Made by a program: the position numbers and the translations under genes. Positions 9,730 to 20,300 of a stretch of DNA of 64,000 nt are shown piece after piece. Numbering within the stretch: position 1 is the first letter of the stretch; each line of letters opens with the position of its first letter. The notes under the pieces were generated by a model. That model searched no databases, was not told the DNA's origin, and saw only the letters and a list, made by a program, of their open reading frames with translations. The DNA is from Lingula anatina. Lineage: Eukaryota; Animalia; Brachiopoda. Where the stretch lies: contig CM120642.1 in NCBI GenBank assembly GCA_051362555.1, positions 14,322,001 through 14,386,000 of the forward strand, written 5' to 3'.

Positions 9730-10395
9730 CAAGATGGCGCCGTCCTATGGCGACATGATCTGTCGCGTTGTAGTATTACTTGTTATTTTACTTTCAGTTT
9801 TTAACCTTACTATTGGATACATAACTTATTCAAGAGAGGAGCTGCTAAGGGTCAGAAATACTTACATTGAGGGGAGCTATGACACGTTTGGAGCACTAAA
9901 TCGGGTTGACTTTATACCAGTACCGAGTATGAAGATTCAAATACGCGGCTGAAGGGGCGAAAGCGAGGTAAACGAGGTTGATTGAGAGTGTACTAACACA
10001 ATCTTTCACCGTCTGGCATGGTAGTGCTATAGCAGAGGACAAGAATCGCCTCAATCGAGTAGTAAAAACTGCCAGGCGCATTGTAGGTACTGTAGGGACT
10101 TGCCGTCAATCGAATGTTTGTATTCGAGACAAGTGCTCAAGAAAGTGAAGTCAATCATGGGTGACCCTGGTCACCCAGCAAATAGCCTACTCATGCATAT
10201 GTCATCACGCCGACTACGGTCATTAAAAGCAACCTCCACGCGCAATAAAAATAGTTTTTATCCATCAGCAGTACGTATTTTAAATGAACAAAATGTATTT
10301 TAATAAAACCATTGTATTACATTTTATCGACAGATCATACCAATTTTCATTTTATACTAGTATAAATATGACAATAAATTATTATTAGTATTATT
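9730..10395 (+). mobile_element. Internally deleted Rex1/Babar-type LINE (5' end fused to 3' end)
   Basis: The 5' part has CAAGATGGCGCCG, TYSREELLRVR and RKRGKRG (to 9978). From 9981 it reads IESVLTQSFTVWHGSAIAEDKNRLNRVVKTARRIVG, then after a frameshift LPSIECLY...DPGHPA...RRLRSLKATSTRNKNSFYPSAVRILN, the post-RT C-terminus of this clade. It ends in AATAAA (10373) and a (TTA)n tail. Confidence 0.8.
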
Positions 10396-10500
10396 TCAGA
10401 GGGGGCACCACCTGTAACTCTCTGTCGTCTGTCCATGGTCTGGCCACCATATCCCACGATGTCCCCGCTTTGTTTTCTTGCTGCATATCTCTAACAGGTA
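10385..10500 (-). mobile_element. Possible decayed RTE-type LINE 3' tip, tail-to-tail with the Rex/Babar copy
   Basis: The minus strand reads RDMQQENKAGTSWDMVAR then, in a shifted frame, MDRRQ. This loosely matches the RTE C-terminal W..(A)xDRxxW motif and is followed by a (TAA)-like tail. Confidence 0.3.
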
Positions 10501-11334
10501 TTGAACAGGTAGTCTAAATATCGCTTACATTAAATTCCATGCTGTAAAAATGAAAACTCCACGCCAGTCAGAAAAATATGCTTCGTATAAGCTGTGTAAT
10601 TTCATGTTAAGTTTATTTCATCATTTTGGCTTTCTACTTTTTTACTTCTCACCCCTAACCCTGAACCCGTTGAGGCAGATTGTTTAACTCCATCTTCAGC
10701 TAAAGGTATACTTTTTCATTTTAGTTATTAGAGACTCAGTCTGATAATATCCTCTTCATTATATGGTTGTATGCTTTTTGTTAATCTTTTTTTTAAATAA
10801 AAGACCATTTGGGTAATTGTAGTAGATGTAGATTATCAAAACGTGACGGTTTTTCCCCCTATAAGTTGACCTTTTACCATAAAACCTCCGTGTACGTAGG
10901 TCATGTTGCCCTGAGCAAAAAACCTTCTTCTGGGGTTCGCCCCCTCCTTTCCGTCTACAGACCTGTAAATTTGGGTAATTAAACAACATAAAAGATCACA
11001 GGAGCTGAGGGAGGTAACTCCCTACCTCCCCCCCCCCCACACACACAAGAAAGTTTTTTTAAACCATGTCAGTGGTTTAAACAGTGAAAAGGAACTATGG
11101 AGCCCTGCATGCCATCTTCTTTCAAAGAAATATAGGAAGAAGTTAAAATATTTAAGCAAATGAAAAAAGTAACTGTAAAACATTAAATCAGACCAAGTAC
11201 ATAATCCTTTCGTTATCCTTTCGCCTTTGAAAATTAATGCTACCAAAAAACTGGACAACTCCACATAAATATTAATAGCAAAAATGGATTATCACTTTAT
11301 CTTTATTTCTGTGAAACAAGAAATAAAATGAAAG

Positions 11335-14300
11335 AGTTAGGATAGTAAATTTCATTTTTGGGGGTGGTGGGATGGGTAAATTGATAAAATCTAATCTTGT
11401 TTTTCTTTTCTTTTTACAGGATGAAGAAGATGATGAGGGACCCCACCCAGACATGGACTTCACCCTTGGATCCAAGTTAAGGTTAGTAAATTTCATTTTT
11501 TTTGGGGGTGGTGGGGTTGGTAAATTGAAGAAATCTAATCTTGTTTTTCATTTCTTTTTACAGGACGAAGAAGATGAAGTGAGACCCCAACTGGACATGG
11601 ACTTCACCCTTGGATCCAAACTAAGGTAAGTAAATTTCTTTTTTTTGGGGTGGCGGGAATGGTAAATTGAAGAAATCTAATCCTGTTTTTCGTTTCTTGT
11701 TACAGGACAAAGAAGATGATGAGCGCCCCCAACCGGACATGGACTTCACCCTTGGATTCAAGCTAAGGTTAGTAAATTTCATTTTTTGGGGGTGGGGGGA
11801 TTAGTAAATTGAAGAAATCTAATCCTGTTTTTCGTTTCTTTTTACAGGACAAAGAAGATGATGAGCGCCCCTTCCCAGACATGGACTTCACACTTGGATC
11901 CAAGCTAAGGTTAGTAAATTTTATTTTATCGGGGTGGTGGGATGGGTAAATTAAATAAATCTTATCTTGTTTTTCATTTCTTTTTATAGGACGAAGAAGA
12001 TGAAGTGAGACCCCAACCGGACATGGACTTCACCCGTGGATCCAAGCTAAGGTAAGTAAATTTCATTTTTTTGGGGTGGCGGGAATGGTAAATTGAAGAA
12101 ATCTAATCCTGTTTTTCTTTTCTTTTTACAGGATGAAGAAGATGATGAGGGACCCCACCCAGACATGGACTTCACTCTTGGATCAAAGTTAAGGTTAGTA
12201 AATTTCGATTTTTTGGGGTGGTGGGATGGGTAAATTGAAGAAATCTAATCTTGTTTTTCTTTTCTTTTTATAGGACGAAGAAGATGATGAGGGACCCCAC
12301 CCAGACATGGACTTCACACTTGGATCCAAGCTAAGGTTAGTAAATTTCATTTTTTTAGGGTGGTGGGATGGGTAAATTAAATAAATCTAATCTTCTTTTT
12401 CATTTCTTTTTACAGGACGAAGAAGATGAAGTGAGACCCCAACCGGACATGGACTTCACCCTTGGATCCAAGCTAAGGTAAGTAAATTTCATTTTTTGGG
12501 GGTGGCGGGAATGGTAAATTGAAGAAATCTAATCCTGTTTTTCGTTTCTTTTTACAGGACAAAGAAGATGATGAGCGCCCCCAACCGGACATGGACTTCA
12601 CCCTTGGATTCAAGCTAAGGTTAGTAAATTTTATTTTTTCGGGGTGGTGGGATGGGTAAATTGAAGAAATCTAATCTTGTTTTTCGTTTCTTTTTATAGG
12701 ATGAAGAAGATGATGAGGGACCCCACCCGGACATGGACTTCACACTTGGATCCAAGCTAAGGTTAGTAAATTTCATTTTTTTGGGGTGGTGGGATGGGTA
12801 AATTGAAGAAATCTAATCTTGTTTTTCTTTTCTTTTTACCGGACGAAGAAGATGAAGTGAGACCCCAACCGGACATGGACTTCACCCTTGGATCCAAGCT
12901 AAGGTAAGTAAATTTAATTTTTTTGGGGTGGCGGGAATGGTAAATTGAAGTAATCTAATCCTGTTTTTCGTTTCTTTTTACAGGACAAAGAACATGATGA
13001 GTGCCCCCAACCGGACATGGACTTCACCCTTGGATTCAAGCTAAGGTTAGTAAATTTCATTTTTTTGGGGTGGTGGGATTGGTAAATTGAAGAAATCTAA
13101 TCTTGTTTTTCTTTTCTTTTTACAGGATGAAGAAGATGATGAGGGACCCCACCCAGACATGGACTTCACTCTTGGATCAAAGTTAAGGTTAGTAAATTTC
13201 ATTTTTTTGGGGTGGTGGGATGGGTAAATTGAAGAAATCTAATCTTGTTTTTCATTTCTTTTTACAGGACGAAGAAGATGAAGTGAGACCCCAACCGGAC
13301 ATGGACTTCACCCTTGGATCCAAGCTAAGGTAAGTAAATTTCATTTTTTTGGGGTGGCGGGAATGGTAAATTGAAGAAATCTAATCTTGTTTTTCGTTTC
13401 TTTTTATAGGACGAAGAAGATGATGAGGGACCCCACCCGGACATGGATTTCACACTTGGATCCAAGCTAGGGTTAGTAAATTTCATTTTTTTGGGGTGGT
13501 GGGATGGGTAAATTGAAGAAATCTAATCTTGTTTTTCTTTTCTTTTTACAGGATGAAGAAGATGATGAGGGACCCCACCCAGACATGGACTTCACACTTG
13601 GATCCAAGCTAAGGTTAGTAAATTTCATTTTTTTAGGGTGGTGGGATGGGTAAATTAAATAAATCTAATCTTCTTTTTCATTTCTTTTTACAGGACGAAG
13701 AAGATGAAGTGAGACCCCAACCGGACATGGACTTCACCCTTGGATCCAAGCTAAGGTAAGTAAATTTCATTTTTTGGGGGTGGCGGGAATGGTAAATTGA
13801 AGAAATCTAATCCTGTTTTTCGTTTCTTTTTACAGGACAAAGAAGATGATGAGCGCCCCCAACCGGACATGGACTTCACCCTTGGATTCAAGCTAAGGTT
13901 AGTAAATTTCATTTTTTGGGGGTGGGGGGATTAGTAAATTGAAGAAATCTAATCCTGTTTGTCGTTTCTTTTTACAGGACAAAGAAGATGATGAGCGCCC
14001 CTACCCAGACATGGACTTCACACTTGGATCCAAGCTAGGGTTAGTAAATTTCATTTCTTTGGGGTGGTGGGGTTGGTAAATTGAAGAAATCTAATCTTGT
14101 ATTTCATTTCTTTTTACAGGACGAAGAAGATGAAGTGAGACCCAAACCGGACATGGACTTCACACTTGGATCCAAGCTAAGGTTAGTAAATTTCATTTTT
14201 TTGGGGTGGTGGGATGGGTAAATTGAAGAAATCTAATCTTGTTTTTCTTTTCTTTTTACCGGACGAAGAAGATGAAGTGAGACCCCAACCGGACATGGAC

Positions 14301-17300
14301 TTCACCCTTGGATCCAAGCTAAGGTAAGTAAATTTAATTTTTTTGGGGTGGCGGGAATGGTAAATTGAAGAAATCTAATCCTGTTTTTTGTTTCTTTTTA
14401 CAGGACAAAGAACATGATGAGTGCCCCCAACCGGACATGGACTTCACCCTTGGATTCAAGCTAAGGTTAGTAAATTTCATTTTTTTGGGGTGGTGGGATT
14501 GGTAAATTGAAGAAATCTAATCTTGTTTTTCTTTTCTTTTTACAGGATGAAGAAGATGATGAGGGACCCCACCCAGACATGGACTTCACTCTTGGATCAA
14601 AGTTAAGGTTAGTAAATTTCATTTTTTTGGGGTGGTGGGATGGGTAAATTGAAGAAATCTAATCTTGTTTTTCATTTCTTTTTACAGGACGAAGAAGATG
14701 AAGTGAGACCCCAACCGGACATGGACTTCACCCTTGGATCCAAGCTAAGGTAAGTAAATTTCATTTTTTTGGGGTGGCGGGAATGGTAAATTGAAGAAAT
14801 CTAATCTTGTTTTTCGTTTCTTTTTATAGGACGAAGAAGATGATGAGGGACCCCACCCGGACATGGATTTCACACTTGGATCCAAGCTAGGGTTAGTAAA
14901 TTTCATTTTTTTGGGGTGGTGGGATGGGTAAATTGAAGAAATCTAATCTTGTTTTTCTTTTCTTTTTACAGGATGAAGAAGATGATGAGGGACCCCACCC
15001 AGACATGGACTTCACCCTTGGATCCAAGTTAAGGTTAGTAAATTTCATTTTTTTTTGGGGTGGTGGGGATGGTAAATTGAAGAAATCTAATTTTGATTTT
15101 CATTTCTTTTTACAGGACGAAGAAGATGAAGTGAGACCCCAACCGGACATGGACTTCACCCTTGGATCCAAACTAAGGTAAGTAAATTTCTTTTTTTTGG
15201 GGTGGCGGGAATGGTAAATTGAAGAAATCTAATCCTGTTTTTCGTTTCTTGTTACAGGACAAAGAAGATGATGAGCGCCCCCAACCTGACATGGACTTCA
15301 CCCTTGGATTCAAGCTAAGGTTAGTAAATTTCATTTTTTTGGGGTGGTGGGATGGGTAAATTGAAGAAATCTAATCTTGTTTTTCTTTTATTTTTACAGG
15401 ATGAAGAAGATGATGAGGGACCCCACCCGGACATGGACTTCACACTTGTATCCAAGCTAAGGTTAGTAAATTTCATTTTTTTGGGGTGGTGGGATGGGTA
15501 AATTGAAGAAATCTAATCTTGTTTTTCTTTTATTTTTACAGGATGAAGAAGATGATGAGGGACCCCACCCAGACATGGACTTCACTCTTGGATCAAAGTT
15601 AAGGTTAGTAAATTTCATTTTTTTGGGGTGGTGGGATGGGTAAATTGAAGAAATCTAATCTTGTTTTTCATTTCTTTTTACAGGACGAAGAAGATGAAGT
15701 GAGACCCCAACCGGACATGGACTTCACCCTTGGATCCAAGCTAAGGTAAGTAAATTTCATTTTTTTGGGGTGGCGGGAATGGTAAATTGAAGAAATCTAA
15801 TCTTGTTTTTCGTTTCTTTTTATAGGACGAAGAAGATGATGAGGGACCCCACCCGGACATGGATTTCACACTTGGATCCAAGCTAGGGTTAGTAAATTTC
15901 ATTTTTTTGGGGTGGTGGGATGGGTAAATTGAAGAAATCTAATCTTGTTTTTCTTTTCTTTTTACAGGATGAAGAAGATGATGAGGGACCCCACCCAGAC
16001 ATGGACTTCACCCTTGGATCCAAGTTAAGGTTAGTAAATTTCATTTTTTTTTGGGGTGGTGGGGTTGGTAAATTGAAGAAATCTAATTTTGATTTTCATT
16101 TCTTTTTACAGGAAGAAGAAGATGAAGTGAGACCCCAACCGGACATGGACTTCACCCTTGGATCCAAGCTAAGGTAAGTAAATTTCATTTTTTTGGGGTG
16201 GCGGGAATGGTAAATTGAAGAAATCTAATCCTGTTTTTCGTTTCTTTTTACAGGACAAAGAAGATGATGAGCGCCCCCAACCGGACATGGACTTCACCCT
16301 TGGATTCAAGCTAAGGTTAGTAAATTTCATTTTTTGGGGGTGGGGGGATTAGTAAATTGAAGAAATCTTATCCTGTTTGTCGTTTCTTTTTACAGGACAA
16401 AGAAGATGATGAGCGCCCCTACCCAGACATGGACTTCACACTTGGATCCAAGCTAAGGTTAGTAAATTTTATTTTTTCGGGGTGGTGGGATGGGTAAATT
16501 GAAGAAATCTAATCTTGTTTTTTGTTTCTTTTTATAGGACGAAGAAGATGATAAGGGACCCCACCCGGACATGGACTTCACACTTGGATCCAAGCTAAGG
16601 TTAGTAAATTTCATTTTTTTGGGGTGGTGGGATGGGTAAATTGAAGAAATCTAATCTTGTTTTTCTTTTCTTTTTACCGGACGAAGAAGATGAAGTGAGA
16701 CCCCAACCGGACATGGACTTCACCCTTGGATCCAAGCTAAGGTAAGTAAATTTCATTTTTTTGGGGTGGCGGGAATGGTAAATTGAAGAAATCTAATCCT
16801 GTTTTTCGTTTCTTTTTACAGGACAAAGAAGATGATGAGCGCCCCCAACCGGACATGGACTTCACCCTTGGATTCAAGCTAAGGTTAGTAAATTTCATTT
16901 TTTGGGGGTGGGGGGATTAGTAAATTGAAGAAATCTAATCCTGTTTTTCGTTTCTTTTTACAGGACAAAGAAGATGATGAGCGCCCCTTCCCAGACATGG
17001 ACTTCACACTTGGATCCAAGCTAAGGTTAGTAAATTTTATTTTATCGGGGTGGTGGGATGGGTAAATTAAATAAATCTAATCTTGTTTTTCATTTCTTTT
17101 TACAGGACGAAGAAGATGAAGTGAGACCCCAACCGGACATGGACTTCACCCGTGGATCCAAGCTAAGGTAAGTAAATTTCATTTTTTTGGGGTGGCGGGA
17201 ATGGTAAATTGAAGAAATCTAATCCTGTTTTTCTTTTCTTTTTACAGGATGAAGAAGATGATGAGGGACCCCACCCAGACATGGACTTCACTCTTGGATC

Positions 17301-20300
17301 AAAGTTAAGGTTAGTAAATTTCATTTTTTTGGGGTGGTGGGATGGGTAAATTGAAGAAATCTAATCTTGTTTTTCTTTTCTTTTTATAGGACGAAGAAGA
17401 TGATGAGGGACCCCACCCAGACATGGACTTCACACTTGGATCCAAGCTAAGGTTAGTAAATTTCATTTTTTTAGGGTGGTGGGATGGGTAAATTAAATAA
17501 ATCTAATCTTCTTTTTCATTTCTTTTTACAGGACGAAGAAGATGAAGTGAGACCCCAACCGGACATGGACTTCACCCTTGGATCCAAGCTAAGGTAAGTA
17601 AATTTCATTTTTTGGGGGTGGCGGGAATGGTAAATTGAAGAAATCTAATCCTGTTTTTCGTTTCTTTTTACAGGACAAAGAAGATGATGAGCGCCCCCAA
17701 CCGGACATGGACTTCACCCTTGGATTCAAGCTAAGGTTAGTAAATTTCATTTTTTGGGGGTGGGGGGATTAGTAAATTGAAGAAATCTAATCCTGTTTGT
17801 CGTTTCTTTTTACAGGACAAAGAAGATGATGAGCGCCCCTACCCAGACATGGACTTCACACTTGGATCCAAGCTAAGGTTAGTAAATTTAATTTTTTCGG
17901 GGTGGTGGGATGGGTAAATTGAAGAAATCTAATCTTGTTTTTCGTTTCTTTTTATAGGATGAAGAAGATGATGAGGGACCCCACCCGGACATGGACTTCA
18001 CACTTGGATCCAAGCTAAGGTTAGTAAATTTCATTTTTTTGATGGTGGCGGGATGGGTAAATTGAAGAAATCTAATCTTGTTTTTCTTTTCTTTTTACCG
18101 GATGAAGAAGATGAAGTGAGACCCCAACCGGACATGGACTTCACCCTTGGATCCAAGCTAAGGTAAGTAAATTTCATTTTTTGGGGGTGGCGGGAATGGT
18201 AAATTGAAGAAATCTAATCCTGTTTTTCGTTTCTTTTTACAGGACAAAGAACATGATGAGTGCCCCCAACCGGACATGGACTTCACCCTTGGATTCAAGC
18301 TAAGGTTAGTAAATTTCATTTTTTTGGGGTGGTGGGATTGGTAAATTGAAGAAATCTAATCTTGTTTTTCTTTTCTTTTTACAGGATGAAGAAGATGATG
18401 AGGGACCCCACCCAGACATGGACTTCACCCTTGGATCCAAGTTAAGGTTAGTAAATTTCATTTTTTTGGGGTGGTGGGATGGGTAAATTGAAGAAATCTA
18501 ATCTTGTTTTTCTTTTCTTTTTACCGGATGAAGAAGATGAAGTGAGACCCCAACCGGACATGGACTTCACCCTTGGATCCAAGCTAAGGTAAGTAAATTT
18601 CATTTTTTTGGGGTGGCGGGAATGGTAAATTGAAGAAATCTAATCTTGTTTTTCGTTTCTTTTTATAGGACGAAGAAGATGATGAGGGACCCCACCCGGA
18701 CATGGATTTCACACTTGGATCCAAGCTAGGGTTAGTAAATTTCATTTTTTTGGGGTGGTGGGATGGGTAAATTGAAGAAATCTAATCTTGTTTTTCTTTT
18801 CTTTTTACAGGATGAAGAAGATGATGAGGGACCCCACCCAGACATGGACTTCACCCTTGGATCCAAGTTAAGGTTAGTAAATTTCATTTTTTTTTGGGGT
18901 GGTGGGGTTGGTAAATTGAAGAAATCTAATTTTGATTTTCATTTCTTTTTACAGGACGAAGAAGATGAAGTGAGACCCCAACCGGACATGGACTTCACCC
19001 TTGGATCCAAACTAAGGTAAGTAAATTTCTTTTTTTTGGGGTGGCGGGAATGGTAAATTGAAGAAATTTAATCCTGTTTTTCGTTTCTTGTTACAGGACA
19101 AAGAAGATGATGAGCGCCCCCAACCTGACATGGACTTCACCCTTGGATTCAAGCTAAGGTTAGTAAATTTCATTTTTTTGGGGTGGTGGGATGGGTAAAT
19201 TGAAGAAATCTAATCTTGTTTTTCTTTTATTTTTACAGGATGAAGAAGATGATGAGGGACCCCACCCGGACATGGACTTCACACTTGGATCCAAGCTAAG
19301 GTTAGTAAATTTCATTTTTTTGGGGTGGTGGGATGGGTAAATTGAAGAAATCTAATCTTGTTTTTCTTTTATTTTTACAGGATGAAGAAGATGATGAGGG
19401 ACCCCACCCAGACATGGACTTCACTCTTGGATCCAAGTTAAGGTTAGTAAATTTCATTTTTTTGGGGTGGTGGGGTTGATAAATTGAAGAAATCTAATCT
19501 TGTTTTTCATTTCTTTTTACAGGACGAAGAAGATGAAGTGAGACCCCAACCGGACATGGACTTCACCCTTGGATCCAAGCTAAGGTAAGTAAATTTCATT
19601 TTTTTGGGGTGGCGGGAATGGTAAATTGAAGAAATCTAATCCTGTTTTTCGTTTCTTTTTACAGGACAAAGAAGATGATGAGCGCCCCCAACCGGACATG
19701 GACTTCACCCTTGGATTCAAGCTAAGGTTAGTAAATTTCATTTTTTGGGGGTGGGGGGATTAGTAAATTGAAGAAATCTAATCCTGTTTGTCGTTTCTTT
19801 TTACAGGACAAAGAAGATGATGAGCGCCCCTACCCAGACATGGACTTCACACTTGGTTCCAAGCTAAGGTTAGTAAATTTTATTTTTTCGGGGTGGTGGG
19901 ATGGGTAAATTGAAGAAATCTAATCTTGTTTTTTGTTTCTTTTTATAGGACGAAGAAGATGATGAGGGACCCCACCCGGAGATGGACTTCACACTTGGAT
20001 CCAAGCTAAGGTTAGTAAATTTCATTTTTTTGGGGTGGTGGGATGGGTAAATTGAAGAAATCTAATCTTGTTTTTCTTTTCTTTTTACCGGACGAAGAAG
20101 ATGAAGTGAGACCCCAACCGGACATGGACTTCACCCTTGGATCCAAGCTAAGGTAAGTAAATTTCATTTTTTTGGGGTGGCGGGAATGGTAAATTGAAGA
20201 AATCTAATCTTGTTTTTCATTTCTTTTTACAGGATGAAGAAGATGAAGTGAGACCCCAACCGGACATGGACTTCACCCTTGGATCCAAGCTAAGGTAAGT

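Noticed and set aside
9677-10303. ORFs 9677-9952 and 10100-10303 as host genes
   Set aside because: Both are fragments of the deleted Rex1/Babar-type LINE.
10612-10705. + strand segment FISSFWLSTFLLLTP...AK followed by G|GTATAC, as a possible upstream NAP/SET-like exon for the array
   Set aside because: The similarity is very short, the acceptor is poor, and the donor is phase 1 whereas the cassettes need phase 0. Probably chance in T-rich DNA.
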